From contig NIVC01001779.1 of the NCBI GenBank assembly GCA_002269645.1, forward strand, positions 1-64,000: a stretch of 64,000 nt of DNA, in the 5' to 3' direction. Shown one piece after another: positions 47,130-64,000 of this stretch. Position 1 is the first letter of the stretch. Each line of letters opens with the position of its first letter. Source of the DNA: Macrostomum lignano (Eukaryota). Under the pieces are notes generated by a model. It saw only the letters and a list, made by a program, of their open reading frames with translations. It did not search any database and was not told where the DNA came from. The position numbers and the translations under genes are program-made.

Positions 47130-47665
47130 GGACCAGCCCTCACCCCTTTACCCCTAATGTACACTCGCTCAGGACCAGCCCTCACCCCTTACTCCTAATG
47201 TACTCTCGCTCAGGACCAGCCCTCACCCCTTACTCCTAATGTACACTCGCTCAGGACCAGCCCTCACCCCTTACTCCTAATGTACTCTCGCTCAGGACCA
47301 GCCCTCATCCCCTTACCCCTAATGTACTCTCGCTCAGGACCAGCCCTCACCCCTTACTCCTAATGTACTCTCGCTCAGGACCAGCCCTCATCCCCTTACC
47401 CCTAATGTACACTCGCTCAGGACCAGCCCTCACCCCCTTACTCCTAATGTACACTCGCTCAGGACCAGCCCTCATCCCCTTACCCCTAATGTACACTCGC
47501 TCAGGACCAGCCCTCACCCCCTTACTCCTAATGTACACTCGCTCAGGACCAGCCCTCATCCCCTTACCCCTAATGTACACTCGCTCAGGACCAGCCCTCA
47601 CCCCCTTACTCCTAATGTACACTCGCTCAGGACCAGCCCTCATCCCCTTACCCCTAATGTACACA
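47130..47665. repeat. 41-42-bp minisatellite (CCTAATGTACACTCGCTCAGGACCAGCCCTCACCCCCTTACT)n with alternating variants
   Basis: About 13 copies. LTPLL- and LIPLP-type units alternate (84-bp dimer). Confidence 0.92.
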
Positions 47666-48284
47666 CGTTTCACTAACACTAACACTAACCCTGTTTTCCA
47701 GTTCACACTCGCTCCGAAGCCCCCATCTATGGAATTTTATTTTTTTGTGAAAGGCACCACAGATCGGCCTACGAAATCGTTGTTTTTTTGACTGATTTTG
47801 CTACTGACTTTATTGCTTGATTTATTTCTTTTTTTGCCATTAGCCAACAAGGTGCTAAAGCTATTTCTATTGTCCGGGCCAATAAGTGATTTTAATGCTA
47901 TGCAATTCATTGCATTGGTCAATCTTGTTATTTGATGTGATTTTTTCTTTTTTGATCAAACAATTTCTGTGATGTCTATTGCTACATTCGAATTTTTATT
48001 TTTTAGGTTTTTATGGCACTAATTTTAATTGTGTTCTACTTCACAATTTATTGGTATATTTATTGGTAACAAAAAATCTGGTATAAGATATTACCTATCA
48101 TAGCTTCCATATTTTTATTCTTTGGCATAATAGTCGAGTCAGTAATTTTTTAAGCAATTTTTTAAAATGAAAATTTTTGAATAAAAACGTATTGATTTAG
48201 TATTTCCGGTTTGACAAGAGCTTGATTTGCACTCCTGGTTCTTTCTATTAATTCAGGACTGACAGGCCAGATTCTATAGGGAAA

Positions 48285-49115
48285 CAGAGACATAGATTCA
48301 AAGGGGTAGAGAGGCAGACTCAAGGAAGCAGAGAGGCAGATTTAAGGGGGGACAGCGAGGCAGATTCAAGGGGGGGCAGAGAGGCAGATTCAAGAGGGGC
48401 AGCGAGACAGATTCAAGGGGGCAGAGAGGCAGATTCAAGGGGGGCAGAGAGGCAGATTCAAGGGGGGGGCAGAGTGGCAGATTCAAGGGGGGCAGCGAGA
48501 CAGATTTAAGAGGCAGAGAGGCAGATTCAAGGGGGCAGAGAGGCAGATTCAAGGGGGGAAGAGAGGCAGATTTAAGGGGGGACAGCGAGGCAGATTCAAG
48601 GGGGCAGAGAGGCAGATTCAAGGGGGGGCAGAGAGGCAGATTTAAGGGGGGACAGCGAGGCAGATTCGAGGGGGCAGCGAGGCAGATTCAAGGGGGGCAG
48701 AGAGGCAGATTCAAGGGGGGCAGAGAGGCAGATTTAAGGGGGGACAGCGAGGCAGATTCGAGGGGGCAGCGAGGCAGATTCAAGAGGGGCAGCGAGACAG
48801 ATTCAAGGGGGGCAGAGAGGCAGATTCAAGGGGGGCAGAGAGGCAGATTCAAGAGGGGCAGCGAGACAGATTCAAGGGGGGCAGAGAGGCAGATTCAAGG
48901 GGGGCAGAGAGGCAGATTCAAGGGGGGCAGAGAGGCAGATTTAAGGGGGGACAGCGAGGCAGATTTAAGAGGCAGAGAGGCAGATTCAAGGGGGGCAGAG
49001 AGGCAGATTTAAGGGGCAGAGAGGCAGATTCAAGGAGGCAGAGAGGCAGATTCAAGGGGGACAGCGAGACAGATTTAAGGGGCAGAGAGGCAGATTCAAG
49101 GGGGGCAGCGAGACA
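48285..49115. repeat. ~22-bp G-rich minisatellite (GGGGGGCAGAGAGGCAGATTCAA)n upstream of PI4KB
   Basis: About 38 copies. Confidence 0.92.
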
Positions 49116-49347
49116 GAATAACGAAAGAGCATTCGAGCAGAGAAAGTGTGGATGCAAGTACCTGTTGCTTGGATGACGTCCTAGTTCTTAACTACTGTTC
49201 TAAATCAGTTGTGTTACACTAAAATTTCAGGCTAACAGCAGCAGTTGCTGTTAGTAGGCCAAGCCCTTTTTGGGGGCCTTGCGGGGCGCTAGAAAAAAGC
49301 AACGGAGCGCCCAACAAGCAGCTTTGGTTATTTTGAAGCACTTCATC

Positions 49348-54814
<5,467 letters not shown>

Positions 54815-57327
54815 ACTGTGCGAAACTAAATTAGGGGCTTATCGTAATTAAAAACTGCATAAACTTGAGCTTTGTGTTATTTAGTGCGTTTGTAACATTG
54901 TAAATTGCCTTTCATTTAATTGCCAAAATGGCTGTTTATTGCAGGCGCTGTTTTCATAGAAAATAAGAATAAAAATAATCTAAATATACTAAATCTCTAT
55001 AAAGATACTATTACAGCTAATCCGTTTAACTGTTAAATGTGCCCTTAGCCCTCTCTCTGGTCTTCTTCTCTTAATACTTTTCTTTGTTCTGCCTTCCCTT
55101 CCCCCAGATTTTTTAATATAGTTGATTCACGGGATTTATTTAATGTACATCCGTCTGAATGTAAATTGCCTCCGCTCTCCGGGCAAGGTTGATATAGTTT
55201 TCTAACCTCTAGGCCATAATAATATTATACGGTCGATATTATGGCAAGTGAGCTAAAAATAGCAGCCAATGAACAGGAAGCCGGGGTTTTTGCGAGTCCT
55301 CTCTTGATAAATTCTTACCCCCCCCCCCCAACCCACACTAATTGGCCCACTCGCGATTGATGCTAAAATAGAGCGGAACAATTTTAATTGCCCCACAGGG
55401 GGTCTATGTGTACATTGCTAGAAAATGTACGTCTAGCTAGTAGTAGGCTAGCTTCCACTGATTGGCCCTATTAGGCTAACCTCCCTCCGCCTCCAGGGTT
55501 GTTACTCGAGCTATTTACTTTTTGCCCCAAATCTTTAGTCTTCTGATAGATGATGATGACTTCCTTATTTAGTCCATGGCGCTTTCTACAAGAATTTTGA
55601 ACTAAATTTATACTACTAGTTTGCGGCTGGGGTTGGGGTCGATCTAAAGCTGTTAAACAAATTTTGCAATAATCGGTGTTTTGTTTCATTCTGCATAAAT
55701 TCATGTGCTTGTGTCTTATGTATCGCTTATAAATACACTCCTCTTAGACTGGAGTCATTGTATTTGTACATTTCCTGCAAAGCTTTTGTCTCCTTATCAA
55801 ATGTCAATCAATTTGACTTATTTTTTTTAATTAATAACCACTTTCCGTGCCGTTGAGCAAGCCGCATGTCTGCTTTCAAATGCGTTCTTAAAAACATAGT
55901 ATTTGCGCTTCGCCTCTTCCTGCATGCATGCAATTCTAGAAATAGCAGCCTCAGCTTATGTTATACTACTGTAGTATGTACCCCAGTATACTAGATATTT
56001 TTTGTTATAATCAAACCACATAATTGTGCAACAGTTCGCGTACAGATTTGCTGTGATTTGTTGTATTATTGAATTTATATTGATTTGAATAAACTGATCT
56101 CAGTTTTCTCCTACTGTTTCTTTTTTAAAGTGCGCTATGATTAGCGGAGTAACGCAAACAAACCTATGCACTTCTCGAGCTCCAATATTATCTTTCTACT
56201 TAAGTAAACAATGGCACAAACATTATTAAACAGACTTAATAAACTTTTTAGCGTTTTACTCATTTTTGACAGTCATCAAATTGCTAATATTTTTTCGCCT
56301 GGTGATAGTGTCTAAAATGTCAATAAGTACATCGAGAGACAGTCGATGTCGATGTTTTTCGATGTACACAAAATTCTCAGAAAAGTTCTAATTTACAATG
56401 CTTTAATACGATCTATTGTGTTTTGTGATTATAATTTTTGTTCCAAATTCGTTAAAAGCTACTGCAAGTAAAAATATACGCTTTTATTGTTATAATTGTT
56501 ATAATGCCATTTGCAAGGGTCGCATAATTATTATTGAGCTTTTTCACTAAAATCTGTTTTTTTCTTGGAATTGAATTAAGAAAAAACTCCCTTAAAATCC
56601 CCAATAGGAATCCATATCAAACTTGCCCAATGACAAAAAATGTTTTATTTATTACATTAAATATGCCATTTTTGTTGTTTAATTACCAATTTTTCAGTCT
56701 ACAAGAACTGATTGTTTATAACAAGTTTATAGAATCAAATATTTGAATGTCTCTACTTTTTAGCATATCCTGTATGTGTTTGTCATGTTTCTACTGCGGT
56801 AAATACAGCAGTACTTTATGGTTTGTTTTATTATTTTGACAAAAGAAAAATCCGTCAATCACGTATATTGTTAATTTAATCTTACGGAATTGTATTATTA
56901 AATCGTTATAATTATAATATTATATAGTTTGTGCAGAAGTTCGGTGTTTGCCAAGAAATTGTCGCCTATATTAATTATCGAAGAAAATGATTTCTTTGTT
57001 ATTTGGTTTTTAATGTGTGACCTCGTGGCCGCATAACTAACCACAACCAACTCTGCTTAACTTGCAGTGCTGGCCGTTGTGTACTTCGAAGTTATTTATA
57101 AACCTGGGGATTCCCTGCAAAGACATTCGAGTGTCCATGGCCAAGTACATTTAAGTCGGATAAAAATATCTAGCTAGGAATACTTATGCAGCAATATTAA
57201 ATGGCAAAAGCGCTCTCATGCGGCCCTGTTAAAATTGTAAAAAGGTGCACAGATTTTTAATCCACGAGCTACCAATAAAAAATTGCATTGTCTGAACATA
57301 CATGTAGTCGATTTTTCAGAGCTGTGT

Positions 57328-59560
57328 CCTCAGCTTCATCACCCAATGGTCCTCAGCCCCGTAACCCAATTGGTCCTCAGCCCCATAACCTAATGATCCT
57401 CAACCCCATGACCCAATGATCCTCAGCCTCATGACCCAATGATCCTCAGCCCCATGACCCAATGGTCCTCAGCCCCATGACCCAATGGTCCTCAGCCTCA
57501 TGACCCAATGATCCTCAGCCCCATGACCCAATGGTCCTCAGCCTCATGACCCAATGGTCCTCAGCCTCATGACCCAATGGTCCTCAGCCCCATGACCCAA
57601 TGGTCCTCAGCCCCATGACCCAATGATCCTCAGCCCCATGACCCAATGGTCCTCAGCCCCATGACCCAATGATCCTCAGCCCCATGACCCAATGATCCTC
57701 AGCCCCATGACCCAATGGTCCTCAGCCTCATTACCCAATGGTCCTCAGCCCCATGACCCAATGATCCTCAGCCCCATGACCCAATGGTCCTCAGCCTCAT
57801 TACCCAATGGTCCTCAGCCTCATCACCCAATGATCCTCAGCCTCATCACCCACTCTCATGTCTTCAGTCTCATGACCCAATGATCCTCAGCCCCATGACC
57901 CAATGGTCCTCAGCCCCATGACCCAATGGTCCTCAGCCGCATGACCCAATGGTCCTCAGCCCCATGACCCAATGGTCCTCAGCCCCATGACCCAATGGTC
58001 CTCAGCCCCATGACCCAATGGTCCTCAGCCCCATGACCCAATGGTCCTCAGCCACATCCCAATGGTCCTCAGCCACATGACCCAATGGTCCTCAGCCCCA
58101 TGACCCAATGGTCCTCAGCCCCATGACCCAATGGTCCTCAGCCCCATGACCCAATGATCCTCAGCCCCATGACCCAATGATCCTCAGCCCCATGACCCAA
58201 TGGTCCTCAGCCCCATGACCCAATGGTCCTCAGCCTCATGACCCAATGATCCTCAGCCCCATGACCCAATGGTCCTCAGCCACATGACCCAATGATCCTC
58301 AGCCTCATCACCCAATGGTCCTCAGCCTCATCACCCACTCTCATGTCTTCAGTCTCATGACCCAATGGTCCTCAGCCACATGACCCAATGGTCCTCAGCC
58401 ACATGACCCAATGGTCCTCAGCCTCATCACCCAATGGTCCTCAGCCTCATCACCCACTCTCATGTCTTCAGTCTCATGACCCAATGGTCCTCAGCCTCAT
58501 CACCCACTCTCATGTCTTCAGTCTCATGACCCAATGGTCCTCAGCCACATCCCAATGGTCCTCAGCCACATGACCCAATGGTTCTCAGCCCCATGACCCA
58601 ATGGTCCTCAGCCACATCCCAATGGTCCTCAGCCCCATGACCCAATGGTCCTCAGCCCCATGACCCAATGATCCTCAGCCCCATGACCCAATGATCCTCA
58701 GCCCCATGACCCAATGGTCCTCAGCCCCATGACCCAATGGTCCTCAGCCCCATGACCCAATGATCCTCAGCCCCATGACCCAATGGTCGTCAGCCACATG
58801 ACCCAATGATCCTCAGCCACATGACCCAATGGTCCTCAGCCTCATCACCCACTCTCATGTCTTCAGTCTCATGACCCAATGGTCCTCAGCCACATGACCC
58901 AATGGTCCTCAGCCACATGACCCAATGGTCCTCAGCCTTATCACCCAATGGTCCTCAGCCTCATCACCCACTCTCATGTCTTCAGTCTCATGACCCAATG
59001 GTCCTCAGCCACATGACCCAATGGTCCTCAGCCACATGACCCAATGGTCCTCAGCCTCATGACCCAATGGTCCTCAGCCACATGACCCAATGGTCCTCAG
59101 CCTCATGACCCAATGGTCCTCAGCCCCATGACCCAATGGTCCTCAGCCACATCCCAATGGTCCTCAGCCACATGACCCAATGGTCCTCAGCCACATGACC
59201 CAATGGTCCTCAGCCACATGACCCAATGGTCCTCAGCCTCATGACCCAATGGTCCTCAGCCACATGACCCAATGGTCCTCAGCCCCATGACCCAATGGTC
59301 CTCAGCCACATCCCAATGGTCCTCAGCCTCATGACCCAATGGTCCTCAGCCCCATGACCCAATGGTCCTCAGCCACATCCCAATGGTCCTCAGCCCCATG
59401 ACCCAATGGTCCTCAGCCACATGACCCAATGGTCCTCAGCCACATGACCCAATGGTTCTCAGCTCCATGACCCAATGGTCCTCAGCCACATGACCCAATG
59501 GTTCTCAGCTCCATGACCCAATGGTTCTCAGCTCCATGAAACAATGGTCCTCATTCCTCA
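57328..59560. repeat. 23-bp satellite (CAGCCCCATGACCCAATGGTCCT)n, about 2.2 kb
   Basis: About 95 copies with a recurrent inserted variant CACCCACTCTCATGTCTTCAGTCT. Intergenic between PI4KB and the E2 gene. Confidence 0.95.
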
Positions 59561-60193
59561 GCGCCATGATTTGATGGTCCTTTAATTCAGTCTCATAGCT
59601 CAGTGATAATTATTTTAAACCAGTGTTCCCCAAAAAATTGAGGACAGCGAAATGTCATTTTTTGATCAATTTACAGGTATGCACATCCAGCTAGCCAGAA
59701 GAATTGCAGTCTCAAGTTGAATCTGTTTTTTTCAAATTTCAGCCCTCAAAACGGCGGCTTCTCTGTTGTTAAACCAAAAAGTTCCCTGTAGTGATGACAG
59801 AAAACGTGCCTAGTAACTGGCCCAAAAATTGTATTCGAAATTTGTATCTCACTTGTTTCGAATTTGTGGATACAAATATAATATTATGGTTATTATTGGG
59901 TTTTGTCAAACAACAGTTTACAAGATTGCATGCGAATTAATTTAGCTATGACGGAATAACATCAGGTTTTTTCTCACGCACCGAATAGAAGGTTGCAAAA
60001 TTGAGGTTCTAAAAATAGCTAGAAGGGCGTCACAAGAACAGAATGTCAGAGCTTTGATGTCATCACCTAAGTTCTAAAAATAGAATTTCAGAAATTGCAC
60101 CCAGTTACGCGTACAAACCAAACTGTTTTTTAGCTTAAACGCACGTAGATCTTTCACATTAGATCAGTGTAGATTTTGCGGCGGTAGTGAGGG

Positions 60194-60231
60194 TATAAAT
60201 ATTACAGAATTATACACTCATAACTTCAGTT
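60194..60231 (+). promoter_or_regulatory. Candidate core promoter (TATA box plus initiator) of the E2 gene
   Basis: TATAAA at 60194-60199 and TCAGTT (Drosophila-type Inr consensus) at 60226-60231. Spacing is about 34 nt, and the predicted start lies 66 nt upstream of the ATG. Confidence 0.5.
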
Positions 60232-60293
60232 TCAGAGCGAACTACCAGCTAACTGGCATTGGAACAAGCAAGTTCATCTGCAACTGTGCCAGC

Positions 60294-60746
60294 ATGTCCG
60301 CAAGAAACAGAATTTTTCGCGAGCTGCGCACCATGCAGTCGGAACCGTTGCCAAATGTCGCGGCTGGACCGATTGACGAGGACCTGCTGACGTGGCGCGG
60401 TGTCATTGTGGGACCTGCCGGTACTCCGTACGAGAACGGTCAATTCGATTTGCGCATCCAGTTTCCCAGCGATTATCCTTTCAAACCACCGAAACTGCAA
60501 TTCCTGACTCAAATCTATCATCCGAACATCAATAGTAGGGGTTTGATCTGCTTGGACATTCTGCAGAAGCAGTGGTCGCCGGCCCTCACCATCAGCAAGG
60601 TGCTGCTGTCGTTGACTTCGCTGCTGTCCGAACCGAATCCGGACGATCCACTAGTGGGAGACATCGGCCGGCAGTACAAAACCAACTATAGAGAGTTCGT
60701 ACGACTCGCCCGAGAGGCTACTCGCAAATATGCTACTGCGGGCTGA
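60294..60746 (+). CDS. UBE2D: Ubiquitin-conjugating enzyme E2, UBE2D/Ubc4-like, intronless and divergent
   Basis: 150-aa complete ORF with YPFKPPK, the HPN motif (IYHPNINS), the catalytic Cys (ICLDIL) and QWSPALTISKVLLS...PNPDDPL. Confidence 0.93.
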   Translation: MSARNRIFRELRTMQSEPLPNVAAGPIDEDLLTWRGVIVGPAGTPYENGQFDLRIQFPSDYPFKPPKLQFLTQIYHPNINSRGLICLDILQKQWSPALTISKVLLSLTSLLSEPNPDDPLVGDIGRQYKTNYREFVRLAREATRKYATAG

Positions 60747-61614
60747 AGTCTTTGTGACATTGCAAAAGTTGACTCGTCGTACTTGAGTCTCTATACTCCT
60801 GTGTTTCACAAGCCGTTATAAATTCCTCATAAGAGTTGCATTTCGCAAGAAAGCCAGTATATCCTGTACAAAATCGCCGGTTCAAAAAACGGAACTGGTT
60901 CCGAACCGGTTCGACGCTCTTCATATCGATGGTTCAAAAAACAGAATCAGTTCCGGAACATGGTTCTGGTTCTAGAATATGGTTCGAGAAATTTTCTCGA
61001 ACCGTCATGTTTACACTTTAACAGTAAAATATATTTGAAATCGTCAATTCTTTATTATTGTTATATAATTATTCCTTTTTTGTCATATCCAAGAGGAAAC
61101 AAAGTCAAAGAACGACGAAATTAAATTGTAAAGACTGTCAAACATAAAATGGGTTCGAAGCTCCTCATTTCACACTGGTTCTGGTTCTAGAACTCGAATT
61201 TATTCTGGTTCTAGAACCGATTGCCGTGAAGAGGCTCCCTGTGATTTATCCGTTGCCGCTTGAGCCGCATTATGCCCATGAATTTATTCATGCAGTTAAA
61301 ATACACTCCTCAATTGCGTCCTCTTGCATCATAAGAGGCAATTCCCCAAAATGAAAAAGTTCTATTTTTTACTGCACTGTACTATATAATTTGTAATAAT
61401 TATCAAAAATAAAAATACTATATTACATGTAAATTTGTGACTCACGTTTGATTTAATGAGGACTTTCTGGCCATAGACAATTGATAGACTGATTTTCTTA
61501 ATCGATATTCTAGAGAGAACTAATAGTACTGAATTAATGCAATACTGGAAATTGGTACAAACAACTGCGGCAAGCTTTGTCTGTCAGGTGAAGGCTAATC
61601 ATCGTTTATAAAAA

Positions 61615-63580
61615 ATGCGGTTGCAGTTCAAAAATAGACATTGTGCAGCCAGCAACAGCAGCTCGTCAGATGGCACCGACAGTTCTATGTTTGATGATAT
61701 GTGGAACAGGTGAGACTTCGGGGTGACACAAGAGACTGTGGAGTGACAGGAGAGACAGTGGAATGACAGGAGAGACAGTGGAGTGACAGGAGAGACAGTG
61801 GAGTGACAGGAGAGACAGTGGAGTGACAGGAGAGACAGTTGAATGACAGTAGAGACAGTGGAGTGACAGAAGTGATAGTGGAGTGACAGGAGAGACTGTG
61901 GAGTGACAGAAGTGATAGTGGAGTGACAGGAGAGACAGTGGAGTGACAGAAGTGATAGTGGAGTGACAGGAGAGACAGTGGAGTGACAGGAGAGACAGTG
62001 GAGTGACAGGAGAGACAGTGGAGTGACAGGAGAGACAGTTGAATGACAGTAGAGACAGTGGAGTGACAGAAGTGATAGTGGAGTGACAGGAGAGACAGTG
62101 GAGTGACAGAAGTGATAGTGGAGTGACAGGAGAGACAGTGGAGTGACAGGAGAGACAGTGGAGTGACAGGAGAGACAGTGGAGTGACAGAAGTGACAGTG
62201 GAGTGACAGGAGAGACAGTGGAGTGACAGGAGAGACAGTGGAGTGACAGAAGTGACAGTGGAGTAACAGGAGAGACAGTGGAGTGACAGAAGAGACAGTG
62301 GAGTAACAGGAGAGACAGTGGAGTGACAGGAGAGACAGTGGAGTGACAGGAGAGACAGTGGAGTGACAGAAGCGACAGTGGAGTGACAGGAGAGACAGTG
62401 GAGTGACAGAAGTGACAGTGGAGTAACAGGAGAGACAGTGGAGTGACAGAAGTGACAGTGGAGTAACAGGAGAGACAGTGGAGTGACAGAAGAGACAGTG
62501 GAGTAACAGGAGAGACAGTGGAGTGACAGGAGAGACAGTGGAGTGACAGAAGTGACAGTGGAGTAACAGGAGAGACAGTGGAGTGACAGAAGTGACAGTG
62601 GAGTAACAGGAGAGACAGTGGAGTGACAGAAGTGACAGTGGAGTAACAGGAGAGACAGTGGAGTGACAGAAGAGACAGTGGAGTAACAGGAGAGACAGTG
62701 GAGTGACAGGAGAGACAGTGGAGTGACAGAAGTGACAGTGGAGTAACAGGAGAGACAGTGGAGTGACAGAAGTGACAGTGGAGTAACAGGAGAGACAGTG
62801 GAGTGACAGAAGAGACAGTGGAGTAACAGGAGAGACAGTGGAGTGACAGAAGTGACAGTGGAGTGACAGGAGAGACAGTGGAGTGACAGAAGAGACAGTG
62901 GAGTAACAGGAGAGACAGTGGAGTGACAGGAGAGACAGTGGAGTGACAGAAGTGACAGTGGAGTAACAGGAGAGACAGTGGAGTGACAGAAGTGACAGTG
63001 GAGTAACAGGAGAGACAGTGGAGTGACAGAAGTGACAGTGGAGTAACAGGAGAGACAGTGGAGTGACAGAAGAGACAGTGGAGTAACAGGAGAGACAGTG
63101 GAGTGACAGGAGAGACAGTGGAGTGACAGAAGTGACAGTGGAGTAACAGGAGAGACAGTGGAGTGACAGAAGTGACAGTGGAGTAACAGGAGAGACAGTG
63201 GAGTGACAGAAGAGACAGTGGAGTAACAGGAGAGACAGTGGAGTGACAGAAGTGACAGTGGAGTGACAGGAGAGACAGTGGAGTGACAGAAGCGCAGTGG
63301 AGTGACAGGAGAGACAGCGGAGAAAAAGTCTGAAAAAAACTAAGCGCAGTGCAGACTTGAGCATTAAATTAAAACGCTTTTTTAATTTTTCAATACAGCG
63401 AATCAGACAGGCAAACTTCAGAAGCCTGCCCTGCAATATCAGGCAGTCGGCTAAGGAGCCTCTTCAGCAAGGATACAACGGACAAAGTCTCCTCTAGCCG
63501 TCAATTAGATGTTTCGAGTATCAACCAAGGAGACTGCGGCAGTAGCGTTGGAAGTGGCGAAAGTGACAATGAAGACAATG
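61615..63580 (+). CDS. First two coding exons of an unidentified gene continuing beyond the window
   Basis: AAAAATG start at 61615. Exon 61615-61709 (MRLQFKNRHCAASNSSSSDGTDSSMFDDMWN) ends at AG|GTGAGA. Exon 63399-63580 follows TTTTTCAATACAG, stays open in the matching phase (SESDRQTSEACPAISGSRLRSLFSKDTTDK...GESDNEDN) and ends at G|GTATGT. Confidence 0.6.
61725..63318. repeat. 20-bp satellite (GAGTGACAGGAGAGACAGTG)n filling that gene's first intron
   Basis: About 80 copies; explains the 583-aa minus-strand ORF. Confidence 0.96.
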
Positions 63581-63729
63581 GTATGTGTCTAATTTAAAAA
63601 ACTAATAATTGAAACTTTTTGGAAACTGTTTCAAGTGAACTGTTGTAGAGCCAACCAGTAATAAGAAAAACAAACAATTCACATATATGTACGCGGACAC
63701 AATCCATTTTTAGACGGACACAACAATCC

Positions 63730-64000
63730 ACTGATAAGACAGGCAAAATCCACTGTTAAGATGGACACAATCTCACTGTTAAGATGGACACAATCTCGCT
63801 GTTAAGATGGACACAATCTCACTGTTAAGATGGACACAATCTCGCTGTTAAGATGGACACAATCTCACTGTTAAGATGGACACAATCTCACTGTTAAGAT
63901 GGACACAATCTCGCTGTTAAGATGGACACAATCTCACTGTTAAGATGGACACAATCTCGCTGTTAAGATGGACACAATCTCACTGTTAAGATGGACACAA
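63730..64000. repeat. 23-bp minisatellite (CTGTTAAGATGGACACAATCTC[A/G])n, truncated by the window edge
   Basis: About 11 copies with mostly alternating A/G variants. Confidence 0.92.

Noticed and set aside
60860-61220. Short palindromes (GAACCGGTTC, GGTTCTAGAACC) suggesting a MITE
   Set aside because: I could not define paired termini or a target-site duplication.
61685-63436. 583-aa minus-strand Cys/His/Leu repeat ORF
   Set aside because: It is a translation of the 20-bp satellite with no domain structure.

Overview
Eukaryotic (metazoan) genomic DNA with spliceosomal GT-AG introns. Most long introns carry their own micro- or minisatellite array. This architecture and the protein divergence resemble the flatworm Macrostomum lignano, but that is inference only. 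Joining exons by hand with phase-consistent junctions gives six genes. Minus strand: an aryl hydrocarbon receptor/spineless orthologue (9 coding exons, 27026 to 5928, about 737 aa) and a Bcl-2-family protein without a membrane anchor (Bcl-G-like; 4 exons seen, start not found). Plus strand: Sec31 (8 exons, with a ~31-unit Pro/Tyr repeat), PI4-kinase III beta (5 exons), an intronless divergent UBE2D/Ubc4-like E2 with TATA and Inr motifs, and the first two exons of an unidentified gene that runs off the right edge. Mobile DNA: a ~1.13 kb foldback palindrome in AhR intron 1, a Mutator-like non-autonomous element with a perfect 9-bp target-site duplication, a decayed RNase H-bearing non-LTR retrotransposon and a small RTE-like LINE fossil. 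Nearly all very long ORFs in the supplied track are read-throughs of stop-free tandem repeats. No rRNA, tRNA or CRISPR array is supported.
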